Origin: Escherichia coli
GTDB lineage: Bacteria; Pseudomonadota; Gammaproteobacteria; Enterobacterales; Enterobacteriaceae
Length of the DNA stretch: 64,000 nt
Assembly: GCF_024502345.1 (NCBI RefSeq)
Contig: NZ_JALDNN010000001.1
Reading direction: 5' to 3' (one strand)
Position numbers and translations under genes: made by a program. Below are positions 1-13,229 of the stretch, piece by piece. Position 1 is the stretch's first letter, and each line of letters starts with the position of its first letter. The notes beneath the pieces are model-generated. The model saw nothing but the letters and a program-made list of their open reading frames with translations, was not told where the DNA came from and made no database searches.

Positions 1-919
1 TTTGCGCTGGAAGCAGTGAGAACGCGCTACCTGTGCCCATATCCAGACCAACCACTTTACCGGTGTATTTCACATCATCGCCGTAAATATCGGTGGTGAT
101 AGTGACCGGCTGACCGATACGCATATTGGCAATCTGCGTCTCTTTAAAGTTGGCATCCACCCACATATTGATGGCTGGAACGACCGCCATCAGCGGCGTC
201 GTTGGGCTAATTTGCGCCCCAGGCTGTACCGCGCGGCGGGAGACATAACCGGTCATCGGACTGACAATACGAGTACGCTCCAGCGCCAGCCAGGCGTTAC
301 GTACTTCGGTGGCAGCCTGTTGCACGGCAGGCTGATCTTCCAGTTTAGTCCCCAGAATCATCGCCTGATTGGCATTGTATTGTTGAATCGCGACGTCCAG
401 TTGCGCCTGGGCACTGGTAACGGCGTCGCGGGCGTGTTGCAGCTCTTCGCGACCAATCAGGTTGGCATTGCCCAGCGGCACACGGCGGTTGTAGTCGCTT
501 TGTGCTTTCGCGAGGGCGATTTTTTGCACCTCAATATTCGCCTGCAACTGTTTGCTGTTAATCATCAGCTGGTGGGTTTGGCGAACGCTGGAAGCCAGTG
601 CAGTTTTGGCTTTTTCAAACGCCTGGCGAGCATCTGTCGGGTCGAGAGTGACCAGCACGTCGCCTTCTTTTACAAAATCGGTGTTATCGGCCCAGACTTT
701 CGTCACGCTGCCAGACACCTGAGACATAATTTGAATTTGATTCCCTGCCACGTATGCGTCATCGGTTTCTTCGAAGTGACGCAGTACCAAAAACCAATAA
801 ATCCCTATCGCTACGGCAATAATTATAAAGAGCAAGGTGAGAAGGAGGAGCAGACGCTTACGTTTGCCGCTCTTCTTTACCGGTTGCTGCGGGGTTTGAG
901 TCTCCGCATTTGCGCTCAT
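1..919 (-). CDS. emrA: Multidrug efflux periplasmic adaptor EmrA, N-terminal part; gene continues beyond window start
   Basis: Reverse-strand ATG at 917-919 translates MSANAETQTPQQPVKKSGKR...; no stop before the window edge. Not in ORF track because it is partial. Confidence 0.85.
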   Translation of the reverse strand, partial: MSANAETQTPQQPVKKSGKRKRLLLLLTLLFIIIAVAIGIYWFLVLRHFEETDDAYVAGNQIQIMSQVSGSVTKVWADNTDFVKEGDVLVTLDPTDARQAFEKAKTALASSVRQTHQLMINSKQLQANIEVQKIALAKAQSDYNRRVPLGNANLIGREELQHARDAVTSAQAQLDVAIQQYNANQAMILGTKLEDQPAVQQAATEVRNAWLALERTRIVSPMTGYVSRRAVQPGAQISPTTPLMAVVPAINMWVDANFKETQIANMRIGQPVTITTDIYGDDVKYTGKVVGLDMGTGSAFSLLPAQ

Positions 920-1045
920 ATTGTTCTCCACGATCTTCTTAACTCATCGGCTGAGCCGACCTGCTTGCCAAAAAGGCCAGCATGTTGCGATGCTGGCCAG
1001 TCATTTTTTCTTTTATAAATCTGGATTTTTGAGCGAGATGACGCG

Positions 1046-1576
1046 TTAGCTCATCGCTTCGAGAACCACACCGTCTTGTTCCATCTGGTCGAGACGGGAG
1101 AGCAATTTGCGGGTGATTTGCTCGAGCTGATCTTTTTCTGTTGTGCTGAGCGCGGACCAGAGTTGATGCAGGCAGTTATGCTGCGGTGGTAAAACCTCGC
1201 GCAAAAACTCGTGACCTTTTTCCGTTAATTGCAGATGCAGGCAGCGGCGATCGTTATCGCTTTCACGACGTTCGATCCAACCGCGTTTTTCCAGTTCATC
1301 GGCAATACGCGTCGCGTTGGTACGGGATGATCCAAGAGCACAACTTAATTCAGAAGGCTGAATACTGTGGTTTTCCTGAGACTCCAGCGTAATCAACGCC
1401 ATAAACAACGTCTCGTTAATCCCCTGAGCCTTCAGCATTTTATTGCGGTTCTCCAGCAGCTTGCTTTGCATGTGCATGCAAAGACGAGTCAGAAGGATCT
1501 CCTGATAAGGAAAATCTTCGTGGCGGCTGGCGCGAAATTTTAGCATTTGTTCAATGGGCGTAAACGAACTATCCAT
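1046..1576 (-). CDS. mprA: MarR-family repressor of emrAB (MprA/EmrR)
   Basis: 176 aa [35 protein letters not shown]..., recognised as MprA; sits directly upstream of emrA. Confidence 0.95.
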
Positions 1577-1666
1577 TTGGGTATGACCTCATTAATTTCA
1601 GCCGATATAGTAACGACAGTGACAAATAAAGTAAATGTATTGTTTTAGAAAAATGATTCTTGTGGG

Positions 1667-2002
1667 TTATATAATCGCCATCACTTTCCAGGCGAGCCCA
1701 TAGGCCAGCGCACTAAGCAGTGTTGGGATGATAATGCTGCGTGTTTTATAGAAACTGGCACCCAGTACCGCGAAGCCGACCAGCGTGGGCACGAAACGGC
1801 GTGTATCGTGCATCACTTCTGGTGCGGTAGAGACAACCAGCAGAGCGCATATCGAGGCGATGCCAATGGTGTCGAGCAAAATACCTACCGCGCCACGTTT
1901 GGTTGGGCGGGCATTACCCACACGCAGGCGCAGCGGCAAATAGCGGAAGCAATAATTCGCCGCGCCAACCAGTAACCCAAGCAGCAGAACCTCATAGCTC
2001 AT
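1667..2002 (-). CDS. ygaH: Branched-chain amino acid exporter small subunit (AzlD-like)
   Basis: 111 aa hydrophobic ORF; overlaps ygaZ stop; conserved ygaZH position. Confidence 0.9.
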   Translation of the reverse strand: MSYEVLLLGLLVGAANYCFRYLPLRLRVGNARPTKRGAVGILLDTIGIASICALLVVSTAPEVMHDTRRFVPTLVGFAVLGASFYKTRSIIIPTLLSALAYGLAWKVMAII

Positions 2003-2729
2003 CGGGCGCTCCTTGCCAGAATGCCTGGATTAACGCAGTGAGGCAGCCACAGACAATGCCTGCCAGAATGGCGACGGGAATAGAAAATAGCGTTACGCCT
2101 GCAAGGGCACCAACTAACGCTGCGGTAACGCAAAGAGATTGTTTGCGCTGGAAAGAGGCGAGCAGGAAACTCATAAAGAGTGCCGGAAGCATAAAACCTA
2201 ATGCTGCTTCAACGGCGGGATAACCTTGCAGCAAGCCGCTGCCGGAGAATGCCCCTATTACCGTACCAAATACCCACGATGACCATGAACTGAAGGCAAT
2301 GCCGATCATCCAGTTCTCGCTCCAGCGGCGATTATTGCGTACCAGTTTTGCGGTGGCGGCGGCAAAAACCTCATCCGTCAGGCCAAACGCCCATAGCGCG
2401 GTTTTCGATTTTTGCAGACGCTGAATAATACGGCTACGCAGTGACGGGCCATACAAAACATGGCGAACATCCATTGCCATGACGGTCAGTGCAGCAACCC
2501 ACAAACTACTCCCTGCTGCCAGCATCGCGGTAATGACGAACTGGCTCGCGCCTGCATAAATGATGCAGGAGAAAAAAACGCTTTCGAGAGGAGAGAATCC
2601 CAGACGGGTCGCATTCAGACCGAACGCAAAGGCCACCGGAATATAACTAATAACAATCGGTAAACTGTCTTTGCATCCTTCCATGAAGGTCGCCGAACCA
2701 GGAGCAGGCTGTGGAGTAGGGCTTTCCAT
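1992..2729 (-). CDS. ygaZ: Branched-chain amino acid exporter large subunit (AzlC-like)
   Basis: 245 aa membrane ORF overlapping ygaH by 11 bp. Confidence 0.9.
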   Translation of the reverse strand: MESPTPQPAPGSATFMEGCKDSLPIVISYIPVAFAFGLNATRLGFSPLESVFFSCIIYAGASQFVITAMLAAGSSLWVAALTVMAMDVRHVLYGPSLRSRIIQRLQKSKTALWAFGLTDEVFAAATAKLVRNNRRWSENWMIGIAFSSWSSWVFGTVIGAFSGSGLLQGYPAVEAALGFMLPALFMSFLLASFQRKQSLCVTAALVGALAGVTLFSIPVAILAGIVCGCLTALIQAFWQGAPDEL

Positions 2730-2852
2730 AGAGTGTACGCTTAACGATTGTTAATATTATAAATAGACTGAATGAATATCTTAACCTTATCAGACTGATG
2801 GGCTTCTTAACACCCTTATAAGTGTAAAGCCACGAAAACGGTTGCTGATTGC

Positions 2853-4037
2853 TTAATTTGCGGCTTCCTGACGATGAAAACCTCGCCACCAGACCAGTAA
2901 GTTAACCAGGGCAATCGTCGCGCCAGCCAGACAAACGCCAGCCCAACCGCCATGTTGCCAGGCTGAGGCTGAAATTAGCGAACCGGCGGCACCGCCAATA
3001 AAGTAGCTGGTCATGTAACCTGCGGTCAGGCGATTACGCGCATCAGGATGTATTCGATAAATTACCGTCTGGTTAGTGATATGCACGCCCTGTACGGTGA
3101 GGTCCAGCACCAGAATGCCGATAATCAACGCCAGTACGGAAGTGTGACCAAACCAGATTGCCAGCCATGAAAGTAACAGCAGAAGCAGACCGAATGTTGT
3201 GGTGTGGTGCGATTTGCCCTTGTCGGCAAAACCGCCCGCCGGACGAGCGCCCAACGCTCCGGCAGCTCCCGCAAGTCCAAACAGACCAATTACGCCATCG
3301 CTGTAGTTAAAAGGTGGAGCGGCAAGCAAAAAGGCCATCGAGGTCCAGAGAATGCTGAAGTTGGCAAAAGTCAGGCAGCCCAGCAATGCGCGGGTGCGCA
3401 GGATCTTATCGTTGATAAACATGCTGAAAACGGAACCCAACAACTGTGGGTAGTTGAGGTGGGTTTCTGATTTCATTTGTGGCAGACCACGCCATAATGC
3501 TAGCGCCATCAGAGCCATTAACACCGAGGCAACCCAAAAGACGGTGCGCCAGCCGCCGAGGTTTGCCAGTAACCCGGCAACGGTTCGTGCCAGCAATATC
3601 CCCAACAGCAGACCGCTCATAATGGTGCCAACCACTTTGCCGCATTTATCCGGTGAAGCCAGCGTCGCTGCCAGCGGAACCAGAATTTGTGCCACGACTG
3701 AGAATAAACCGGTTAATGCCGTACCGAGGATCATCATCGCCAGTGACTGACTGCTGGCAGTGATTAACATACCGCCCGCTGCCAGTAAGGTCATCGAGAC
3801 AATCAGGCGGCGGCGTTCAAACATATCACCGAGGGGAACAAGAAACAGTAGACCTGCGGCATAGCCCAACTGCGCGGCGGTAACAATAAAGCCCGCCGAA
3901 CTGGCGGAGAGGGAAAAGTTACGCGCAATAGTGTCGAGCAGCGGTTGGGCGTAATAGTTGCTGGCGACCGCCAGACCGGTGGCGATCGACATCAGCACGA
4001 TCAGCGCCGGGCTAAGCTCATGAGTGGGTTTAGTCAT
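2853..4037 (-). CDS. ygaY: MFS transporter, apparently intact
   Basis: 394 aa ORF with multiple hydrophobic segments; position between proX and ygaZ matches ygaY. Confidence 0.8.
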   Translation of the reverse strand: MTKPTHELSPALIVLMSIATGLAVASNYYAQPLLDTIARNFSLSASSAGFIVTAAQLGYAAGLLFLVPLGDMFERRRLIVSMTLLAAGGMLITASSQSLAMMILGTALTGLFSVVAQILVPLAATLASPDKCGKVVGTIMSGLLLGILLARTVAGLLANLGGWRTVFWVASVLMALMALALWRGLPQMKSETHLNYPQLLGSVFSMFINDKILRTRALLGCLTFANFSILWTSMAFLLAAPPFNYSDGVIGLFGLAGAAGALGARPAGGFADKGKSHHTTTFGLLLLLLSWLAIWFGHTSVLALIIGILVLDLTVQGVHITNQTVIYRIHPDARNRLTAGYMTSYFIGGAAGSLISASAWQHGGWAGVCLAGATIALVNLLVWWRGFHRQEAAN

Positions 4038-4227
4038 TATTTTTGTTTATCAGGTGATGATTAAGCTGGAAATCAATAATAGCGGATGTTTATGAATGGG
4101 GGCGAAAGATAGCTTGTTGAAATGTGCGGTGTGGTTTGTAGGCATGATAAGACGCGCCAGCGTCGCATCAGGCATTGTGTACAGAGCGGCGGATGCGGCG
4201 AAAACGCCTTATCCGCCCGAATAAAAA

Positions 4228-5220
4228 TTACTTATGCGCTGCCAGCGCCTCATTCACCCAGCCATCGAACTGCTGCTGGTGGGCTTTGATCCAGCCATCA
4301 ACGTGGCCCTGAATATCGCCTTCTGAGGCTTTGCCGTCATGCATAATGGCGTTCTGGGCGTTAATATCTGCCACTGGCAACTGCATAATGGCAAACAGTT
4401 TCGCTGCTGCCGGGTTTTTCTCGGCCCAGGCTTTATTGGCAACGATATGCATGGTGCTGACCGGGAAGCCGTAATTCGCGCCATTCGGCAGTTTGGTATC
4501 GGCATTTTTATCGCCCGGCAGTGCAGAGAACGGCACCTGCAACCAGACCACATCTTTCCCTGGCTTCAGCTCATTACTCACCCAGTACGGCGTCCAGGTG
4601 TAGTAAAACACCGGTTTGCCCTCTTTGTAGCGACTGATGGTGTCAGCCATCATCGCTGCGTAGTTCCCCTGATTATGCGTCACGGTGTTGGTCAGTTCAT
4701 ACGCAGCAAGCTGGTGGTTGATCGCACCTTCGCAGCCCCAGCCTGGGTTACAACCGGTTAAATCCGCTTTGCCATCACCGTTGGTATCGAACAGTTTGGC
4801 GATCTTCGGATCTTTCAGTTGTGCGATGTTGGTGATTTTGTACTGGTCGGCGGTTTTCTTATCGATCAGGTAACCCTGTGCCGCGCCGTTAACAAATACT
4901 CCTTCACGATAAAATTTCTTATCGCCACCGGCAGCTTCGTACATGTTGTCATGCAGTGGCGTCCAGTTCACGGCGGTGAAGGTTGCATCGCCGGAAGCAA
5001 GCGAGGTGTAGCCAACGTTGTAATCTACTTCGCTGGGTTTGTTGACGGTATAGCCTAATTTCTCCAGCGCACGGCTGACCAGCAGCGTCTGGAAGGTTTC
5101 TTCGGTGATGGTGCTTTGAACTGGATTAACAGTAATGCCTTTGCCCGGCAGATCGGCAGCAAAAGTTTGTGTAGAGATAAGCGTGGCAAACGCTGTCGCA
5201 AAAAGTACGCTATGTCGCAT
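4228..5220 (-). CDS. proX: Glycine betaine/proline ABC transporter periplasmic binding protein
   Basis: Track ORF 4228-5268; internal Met (residue 17, [21 protein letters not shown] signal peptide) gives the 330 aa ProX length. Confidence 0.93.
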   Translation of the reverse strand: MRHSVLFATAFATLISTQTFAADLPGKGITVNPVQSTITEETFQTLLVSRALEKLGYTVNKPSEVDYNVGYTSLASGDATFTAVNWTPLHDNMYEAAGGDKKFYREGVFVNGAAQGYLIDKKTADQYKITNIAQLKDPKIAKLFDTNGDGKADLTGCNPGWGCEGAINHQLAAYELTNTVTHNQGNYAAMMADTISRYKEGKPVFYYTWTPYWVSNELKPGKDVVWLQVPFSALPGDKNADTKLPNGANYGFPVSTMHIVANKAWAEKNPAAAKLFAIMQLPVADINAQNAIMHDGKASEGDIQGHVDGWIKAHQQQFDGWVNEALAAHK

Positions 5221-5276
5221 TGTTATTCCTTTTTTTGGCAGGGTGATATGCCCGGCGTCACCGGGCAAGTGCAGAG

Positions 5277-6341
5277 TTACTTAATGAATGGGCGGGTCAG
5301 CAGACCGACAGGGCCAGTGGTGTACCAGCGACGGTTGCCGCGACTGCGTGAGTCGCGCCCAACGGCCTGCGTCAGGCGATCGAGGATAATGGCGAGGATC
5401 ACAATCCCGACGCCGCCAACGGTGGCAAGCCCCATATCCAGACGACCGATACCGCGAAGTACCATCTGACCCAGCCCGCCGACGGCAATCATCGAGGCGA
5501 TGACCACCATAGAAAGGGCCAGCATCAGCGTCTGGTTAACGCCCGCCATAATGGTCGGCATCGCCAGCGGTAACTGAACTTTGAACAGCATCTGGCGCGG
5601 GCTGGCACCGAATGAGCGCGAGGCTTCAATCAGATCCGCCGGAACCTGGTTAATCCCCAGAATGGTCAGACGGATAATCGGCGGCAGAGCAAAGATGATC
5701 GTCACCACCACGCCCGGCACGTTACCGATACCAAATAGCATGACGATTGGCACCAGATAAACAAACGCTGGAGTGGTCTGCATGGCATCAAGCAGTGGAC
5801 GAATAATTTTCGCCGCTCGCGGACTTCTCGCCAGCCAGATCCCCAACGGCAAACCGATGACGATACAGAACAGCAGGGCGGTTAACACCAGCGCCAGAGT
5901 CACCATTGCCTGCGACCAGGCACCGATTGCGCCGATGGCAATCAGCGAAACCAGCGTCGCCACACCCATTCCGACCCCGGAAATCTGCCAGGCGATGAGA
6001 GCGAAAACGATAATCGCCACCGGTGCGGGCATACCCAGCAGCAATTGCTGGAAACCGTTGAGGATATAATCAACCGGAACGCGCACGCCCTGGAAGACGG
6101 GACGGAAATGGGTAACGACCCAGTCGATCCCTTCAGTGACCCAACTGTCGAGCGGGATCAGCGTTTTATGGAACGGATCGAGAATATTAAAATGCTCGAC
6201 GTTTGGCGCAGGCGTACTGGTCAGCCAGTCAGCATCACCGCCGTCAGTCGGTGCAGTCGTCGGTGTACCCCAGGCGTCTGCGGATTGCGCGGCACTGTCC
6301 GCCGCTGGCGTGGTATCCCACGGATTATTTTGATCAGCCAT
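5277..6341 (-). CDS. proW: Glycine betaine/proline ABC transporter permease
   Basis: 354 aa membrane ORF; proVWX operon order. Confidence 0.95.
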   Translation of the reverse strand: MADQNNPWDTTPAADSAAQSADAWGTPTTAPTDGGDADWLTSTPAPNVEHFNILDPFHKTLIPLDSWVTEGIDWVVTHFRPVFQGVRVPVDYILNGFQQLLLGMPAPVAIIVFALIAWQISGVGMGVATLVSLIAIGAIGAWSQAMVTLALVLTALLFCIVIGLPLGIWLARSPRAAKIIRPLLDAMQTTPAFVYLVPIVMLFGIGNVPGVVVTIIFALPPIIRLTILGINQVPADLIEASRSFGASPRQMLFKVQLPLAMPTIMAGVNQTLMLALSMVVIASMIAVGGLGQMVLRGIGRLDMGLATVGGVGIVILAIILDRLTQAVGRDSRSRGNRRWYTTGPVGLLTRPFIK

Positions 6342-7536
6342 TATTTACCCCCTCACGATCTAAAGCGCGCAGCAGCATTCCTTTCGAAATGATGCCGACA
6401 TACTGTTGGTCCTCGTCGACCACGGGCACTGCACAGGGTGCCTGTCCGACATGAGAGAGCAACTCGCTAAGAGGCGTTTGTGCATCGACTGCTAACGGCG
6501 CATCAATCAGCGCCGCATCAAGACCTTGCTGCTGCGTTAACGCGGTTTTAAGCGAATCGATGGAGACTGCGCCGACAAACTTATTACCGCGTTCGATAAC
6601 GTAGCCATATTCACGATCTTCATCCTGCAATAATTTCAGTGCCGAACGTGGGCCGAAGCCAGGAGTTTTACGAATTAAGCCGTTCGGTGTACGACGGGCA
6701 ATATCTTTCGCACTGAATACCTGACTAATATCGACGCCACGGAAGAAGGTACGGACATAATCATTCGCCGGATTATTGAGAATTTCATCCGGTGTGCCGA
6801 CTTGTACCACTTCACCATTTTGCATAATGGCAATTCGGTCGCCAATACGCATGGCTTCATCGAGATCGTGGGAAATAAAGACAATGGTGCGCTGATGTTT
6901 CGCCTGTAATTTTACCAGTTCATCCTGCATCTCGGTGCGAATTAATGGATCGAGCGCCGAGAAGGCTTCGTCCATTAATAATATATCCGGATTAATCGCT
7001 AACGCGCGGGCTAATCCCACACGTTGACGCATCCCGCCAGAGAGTTCATCCGGGTAGCTGTGGGCATAATTTTCCAGCCCGACCTGACGCAGTGCATCAA
7101 GGGCTTTTTCCCGGCGTTCTTCGGCATTAATTCCGGCCAATTCCATACCGAACGCAGTATTGTCCAGCACGGTCATATGCGGCATTAAGGCAAAGGACTG
7201 GAAGACCATCGCAATCTTTTTTCTGCGCACCTCACGGAGTTCGGCGTCGGATATTTTGGCAATATCCACACCATCAATCAGCACTTGCCCGCGGGTGGGT
7301 TCAATCAGGCGATTGAGAAGGCGTACCATTGTGGATTTACCCGAACCGGATAATCCCATGATGACAAATATCTCGCCTTCTTCAATGGCCAGACTGGCGT
7401 CTTTTACGCCAAGCGATAGCCCAGTTTTTTCCAGAATTTGTTCTTTTGAAAGTCCTTGTTCGATATATTTGAAAGCTCGCTGTGGATGCTCACCAAATAT
7501 TTTATAAAGATTTTTAATTTCTAATTTAATTGCCAT
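6334..7536 (-). CDS. proV: Glycine betaine/proline ABC transporter ATPase
   Basis: 400 aa; Walker [13 protein letters not shown] signature LSGGMRQR, C-terminal CBS region. Confidence 0.95.
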   Translation of the reverse strand: MAIKLEIKNLYKIFGEHPQRAFKYIEQGLSKEQILEKTGLSLGVKDASLAIEEGEIFVIMGLSGSGKSTMVRLLNRLIEPTRGQVLIDGVDIAKISDAELREVRRKKIAMVFQSFALMPHMTVLDNTAFGMELAGINAEERREKALDALRQVGLENYAHSYPDELSGGMRQRVGLARALAINPDILLMDEAFSALDPLIRTEMQDELVKLQAKHQRTIVFISHDLDEAMRIGDRIAIMQNGEVVQVGTPDEILNNPANDYVRTFFRGVDISQVFSAKDIARRTPNGLIRKTPGFGPRSALKLLQDEDREYGYVIERGNKFVGAVSIDSLKTALTQQQGLDAALIDAPLAVDAQTPLSELLSHVGQAPCAVPVVDEDQQYVGIISKGMLLRALDREGVNNG

Positions 7537-7760
7537 GCAATAGAAAGATTCCTGTTATTTGTTTATGTCGATACATTACCCAATGGAAATAGTCACTTTT
7601 TTCTACCCTAACATACTGAGAATCTGAGGCAACCCCTGAGGGCAAATGTGGCATGAATATTGATGTGAGCAAATCGCCGGAATTTCCCATGATATAAGGG
7701 CTGAGAGCAAATCGAGAAAAGTTGATATTTTTTGTCAAAGATAGCGAAAAAACGCCTGAA
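7537..7760 (-). promoter_or_regulatory. proU (proVWX) promoter region, AT-rich, osmoregulated
   Basis: AT-rich intergenic DNA immediately upstream of proV; assignment from established knowledge of proU, promoter elements not mapped by me. Confidence 0.5.
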
Positions 7761-7891
7761 TATTGTGGTTTCAGGCGAATAATGCAACAGAGTATCAGTG
7801 TAGATCACCACAAAATATTTGCGTGATAAAAAGCTATTTGGCGGGAATTATTTCCCTGTCGCGGGTAGTGATATTTTTGAAAATAACACCC

Positions 7892-8860
<969 letters not shown>

Positions 8861-9281
8861 TTAAAGTGCACAGGAGACGCAGCCTTCAATTTCAGTGCCT
8901 TACAGCGCCATCTGACGCAGGCGAATGTAATAGAGCGTTTTGATACCTTTGCGCCAGGCGTAAATCTGCGCTTTGTTGATATCGCGAGTGGTGGCGGTAT
9001 CGGGGAAAAACAGCGTCAGCGACAAACCCTGATCGACATGGCGAGTCGCTTCCGCGTAGGTGTCGATGATCTTTTCTGCGCCGATTTCGTAAGCATCCTG
9101 ATACAGCGCCAGATTTTCGTTAGTCATAAACGGGGCAGGGTAGTAAACGCGTCCTGTTTTGCCCTCTTTGCGTATCTCTACTTTCGCCACAATCGGATGA
9201 ATACTCGACGTAGCATGTGATGTAGCCCCCTGAAACACCGGACAGTAGCTGTATCTCCAGATAAGAGATAGGCTTGAATAT

Positions 9282-9677
9282 ATGTCTAACACTAACGCCA
9301 ATTTTGAGATGACCGGGATCCTGTTAGGGCAAGAAGTCCGTAAACGTAAAACTCCTCAGGAGAAGATCGCCATTATCCAGCAGACGATGGAGCCGGGTAT
9401 GAATGTCTCCCATGTCGCCCGCCTGCATGGTATCCAGCCCAGCCTGCTGTTTAAGTGGAAGAAGCAATATCAGGAAGGCAGCCTCACCGCCGTTGCGGCT
9501 GGAGAGGAAGTCGTTCCTGCTTCTGAGCTTACTGCTGCTCTGAAGCAGGTCCGGGAGCTTCAGCGCCTTCTGGGCAAGAAAACGATGGAAGTTGAGATCC
9601 TGAAAGAAGCCGTGGAGTACGGTCAGTCGCGAAAATGGATAGCGCACGCGCCCTTGTTGCCAAAGGACGGGGAATAG
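9282..9677 (+). CDS. IS3-family transposase OrfA (HTH), InsC-like
   Basis: 131 aa; ...[43 protein letters not shown]... resembles IS2 InsC. Confidence 0.85.
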   Translation: MSNTNANFEMTGILLGQEVRKRKTPQEKIAIIQQTMEPGMNVSHVARLHGIQPSLLFKWKKQYQEGSLTAVAAGEEVVPASELTAALKQVRELQRLLGKKTMEVEILKEAVEYGQSRKWIAHAPLLPKDGE

Positions 9678-10516
9678 CCATGGTCAGCCGGACCATGGGC
9701 GTGTCGCGTGCGCAACTGTCACTGCGGATTAACCGTTCTGCCGACTGGCAGGACAGGCGCTGTAACCGGCGTAATGAAGAAGCAGACGCAGAAATACTGT
9801 CGGCTATCCTCAACATTATCAGCGATATGCCGAGTTATGGTTATCGACGCGTGTGGGGCATCCTGCGCAAGCAACGTCGCACAGAGGGACAGCCACCTGT
9901 GAATGCCAAACGGCTTTACAGGATAATGAGCGAGCATAACCTGTTGTTGTTGCATCACAAACCAGAGCGACCGAAGCGTGAACATAAGGGCAAGATAGCG
10001 GTGGCAGAAAGCGATATGCGCTGGTGTTCAGATGGCTTCGAGTTCGGCTGCGACAACGGCGAAAAACTGCGGGTAACGTTCGCGCTGGACTGCTGCGACC
10101 GTGAGGCCATAGACTGGGCAGCAAGCACGGGAGGCTATGACAGTTCGACCGTGCAGGATGTGATGCTGAGGTCGGTGGAAAAGCGCTTCGGCGACAGGTT
10201 GCCCGACACAGCGGTGCAGTGGCTGACGGATAACGGTTCAGCGTATACCGCGTATGAAACGCGGAGGTTCGCGAGAGAGCTGAATCTGGAGCCCTGCACA
10301 ACAGCGGTGAGCAGCCCGCAGAGTAATGGCATGGCCGAACGGTTCGTGAAAACGATGAAAGAAGACTATATCGCGTTCATGCCAAAACCGGATGTGAGAA
10401 CAGCACTGCGAAACCTTGCAGTAGCGTTCACGCATTACAATGAAAACCACCCGCACAGCGCGCTGGGATATCACTCCCCGAGGGAATACCGGCGGCAGCG
10501 GACATCGTTAACTTAA
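9635..10516 (+). CDS. IS3-family transposase OrfB (DDE integrase core), InsD-like; probably expressed as OrfAB by frameshift
   Basis: 293 aa; ...[30 protein letters not shown]...WLTDNGSAY... resembles IS2 InsD; overlaps orfA in a different frame. Confidence 0.85.
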   Translation: MDSARALVAKGRGIAMVSRTMGVSRAQLSLRINRSADWQDRRCNRRNEEADAEILSAILNIISDMPSYGYRRVWGILRKQRRTEGQPPVNAKRLYRIMSEHNLLLLHHKPERPKREHKGKIAVAESDMRWCSDGFEFGCDNGEKLRVTFALDCCDREAIDWAASTGGYDSSTVQDVMLRSVEKRFGDRLPDTAVQWLTDNGSAYTAYETRRFARELNLEPCTTAVSSPQSNGMAERFVKTMKEDYIAFMPKPDVRTALRNLAVAFTHYNENHPHSALGYHSPREYRRQRTSLT

Positions 10517-12329
10517 GATACAAAAGCTGTTCGGAGATGGAGGGTCAAGATCATACTCGACGTAGCATGGTTGATATAAGAGATAGAACCGGTTGGCGGC
10601 ACCGCCTGAAGATTCTGGTTGTAAATGCCGTAGCGCATCACGTCGTCGCGCAGTTGCGCCCACATCTCACGGGTAGGTAACGTAATACCGCTGCGGGCAA
10701 ACAGTTCGCCAACTTTCGCCGTTTTCGGCTGCCAGTTACCTTGCAGATATTGGCTAAAATATTCACCACTGGCATAACGTGACTGTTTGAACCCGGCGAA
10801 GGTTTCACCGCGTTCGCGCGCCAGCAACATCGAGGTACGCAGTGCGTGCCAGGTGATGGCATAGAAATAGAGATTGGTGAAATCCAGTGCTTCCGGCGAA
10901 CCATAAGCGATGCCTTCTCGCGCCAGATAGCCGTGTAAATTCATCTGCCCCAGTCCGATGGCGTGTGAGGCGGCATTTCCGGCTTCGATGGACGGCACGC
11001 TGCGGATATGACTCATATCTGACACCGCCGTTAAACCGCGCACGGCAGTCTCTACCGTGCGGGCAAAATCGGGGGAATCCATGGTGTGCGCAATATTCAA
11101 CGAACCTAAATTGCAGGAAATATCATGGCCTGTACGGGCATAGTCGAGATTCTCGTCATACTCTGAGGCGCTGTTAACCTGCAAAATTTCTGAGCAGAGA
11201 TTACTCATATTTATGCGCCCGGCGATAGGGTTAGCACGGTTTACCGTGTCTTCATACATGATGTAGGGATAGCCGGACTCAAACTGGATTTCTGCCAGTC
11301 GCTGGAAGAAATCACGGGCGTTGAGGTATTTTTTGCGAATGCGTTCATCGGCAACCAGTTCGTCATAGTGTTGGCTGATGGCCACATCGGCAAACGGCTT
11401 GCCATAAACTCGCTCTACGTCATAAGGCGAAAACAGCGCCATCTGCGCATTCTCTTTTGCCAGATGGAAAGTGATATCCGGGATCACCACGCCCAGCGAC
11501 AGTGTTTTAATGCGGATTTTCTCGTCGGCATTTTCCCGTTTCGTATCGAGAAAACGCAGAATATCGGGATGATGGGCATGTAAATAGACTGCACCAGCCC
11601 CCTGACGAGCGCCGAGCTGGTTGGCATAGGAAAATGCGTCTTCCAGCATTTTCATCACCGGAATCACGCCAGAAGATTGATTTTCAATACGTTTAATTGG
11701 CGCGCCCGCTTCCCGCAGATTCGACAGCAAAAATGCCACGCCGCCGCCGCGTTTCGACAGTTGCAGTGCGGAATTTACCGCCCGGCCAATCGACTCCATA
11801 TTGTCTTCAATACGCAGCAAAAAACAGGAAACCAGTTCGCCGCGCTGCTGCTTACCACAGTTGAGGAATGTCGGTGTTGCAGGCTGAAAGCGTCCTGACA
11901 GCATCTCATCGGTCAGTTGCGTCGCCAGTGTTTCATCGCCTTGTGCCAGCGTTAGCGCCACCATCGTGACTCGATCGGCAAAATCTTCCAGATAACGCTT
12001 ACCGTCGAATGTCTTCAACGTATAGCTGGTGTAAAACTTCCATGCTCCGAGGAATGTCTGAAAACGAAAACCGCTGGCGTGTGCGTGGGCAAACAGCGTA
12101 ATGACAAAATCGCGAGAGTAGCGGTTGAGGACGTTTTCATCATAGTAACCTTCGTTGACCAGCCAGTTCAGGCGCTGCTGCTGGCTACTGAAGGTCACAC
12201 TGTTCGGACGCACATGTGTCGCCATAAAGGCGTCAACGGCCTGGCGATCTTTATCGAACTGAATGCGACCTGCGCTATCGTAAAGGTTAAGCATCGCATT
12301 CAGCGCGTGGTAATCCATCGTTTCCTGCG

Positions 12330-12740
12330 TCAGGCGTTCTGCGGTTGTCGTTGCCAAAATTCGGTTACTCCTTTACGAACGTTTTCGATATCGCTTTGCG
12401 TACCCATGAGTTCAAAGCGGTACAGCCACGGCACGCCGCATTTCCGGGCTATCACATCTCCGGCGCGGCCATACGCCTCACCAAAGTTGCGATTACCCGA
12501 AGCAATAACGCCGCGAAGCAACGCCCGGTTGTGCTCGTCGTTTAAAAAGCGAATTACCTGTCGTGGCACCGCGCCAGCCGTACCGCCGCCGCCGTAAGAG
12601 GGCACGATCAGGATGTAAGGCTCGTCTACCTGAATCCGTTCCCGCTCATTGAGCGGGATGCGCACCGCGGGCAGACCTAAACGTTCGATAAAACGCTGCG
12701 TGTTTTCGGAGCTGCTGGAGAAGTAGACGAGCTGGCTCAT
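12330..12740 (-). CDS. nrdI: Flavodoxin-like NrdI
   Basis: 136 aa [24 protein letters not shown]... Confidence 0.93.
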
Positions 12741-12982
12741 GCACTGGCCGCGTGTGGCGCTGGATGCAGACGGTTAATCATGTCCGGACGGAAACCAGAC
12801 CAGCTAAGATCGCCAGCAATCACTACCGGCAACTGACGAAAGCCCTGAGCACGCAACGCTTCTGCCGCTTCAGGAACGCGATCGACATTAATCATTTCAA
12901 AATCAAAGCCCCGGTTTTCCATCGCCCGTTTGGTGGCGTGGCACTGAACGCAATCGTTACGAGTGTAAATAGTAATGCGCAT
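12737..12982 (-). CDS. nrdH: Glutaredoxin-like NrdH
   Basis: 81 aa ORF with CVQC redox motif ([18 protein letters not shown]). Confidence 0.93.
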
Positions 12983-13083
12983 GATTCGTATTTCCGTTTA
13001 AAATGAAGATACGGCGCGATGATACGCGTCGGGTTGTCTCTCTGTTGATACAGAGATACTAGATGTAGTTGAAAAAAGATTCA

Positions 13084-13103
13084 ACCACACAATATATAGC
13101 AAA
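13084..13103 (-). promoter_or_regulatory. Putative NrdR box in nrdHIEF promoter
   Basis: CACACAATATATAGCAAATA ~100 bp upstream of nrdH resembles the NrdR-box palindrome (acaCwAtATaTwGtgt); inference. Confidence 0.4.
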
Positions 13104-13229
13104 TAGTGGTCGAAAGTACCCTGGGTATGAGCGTGACGGGGTAGGGGGATTTTTGTGATTCACCAGGCAAAAAGAAACCCCGAAGACAGGCTTCGGGGTC
13201 AAAGACGCGTATTTATTATCATTTTTGCA

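Larger units (their letters stand above)
9218..10552 (+). mobile_element. IS3-family insertion sequence, IS2-like, ~1.33 kb, inserted in nrdE
   Basis: Left end TGATGTAGCCCCCTGAAACACC resembles the IS2 terminal repeat; two overlapping transposase ORFs; flanked by 17-bp direct repeat ATACTCGACGTAGCATG (9201-9217 and 10553-10569). Confidence 0.85.
8900..12357 (-). pseudogene. nrdE: Class Ib ribonucleotide reductase alpha subunit NrdE, split by an IS insertion
   Basis: N-terminal 614 aa ORF (10513-12357) ends ...[11 protein letters not shown] then runs into IS-derived codons; C-terminal ORF (8900-9301) resumes ...[13 protein letters not shown]... and ends ...RLRQMAL. IS lies between. Confidence 0.85.

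Noticed and set aside
212-1018. 268-aa ORF on the + strand
   Set aside because: Antisense to the emrA N-terminal coding region, whose reverse-strand translation matches EmrA; an artefact of GC-rich coding DNA.
3204-3750. Small ORFs on both strands inside ygaY
   Set aside because: Embedded in or antisense to the MFS transporter gene; no independent support.
9708-10474. ORFs of 64-160 aa overlapping the IS transposase orfB
   Set aside because: Alternative-frame or antisense ORFs within the IS3-family transposase gene; the orfA/orfB pair explains the region.
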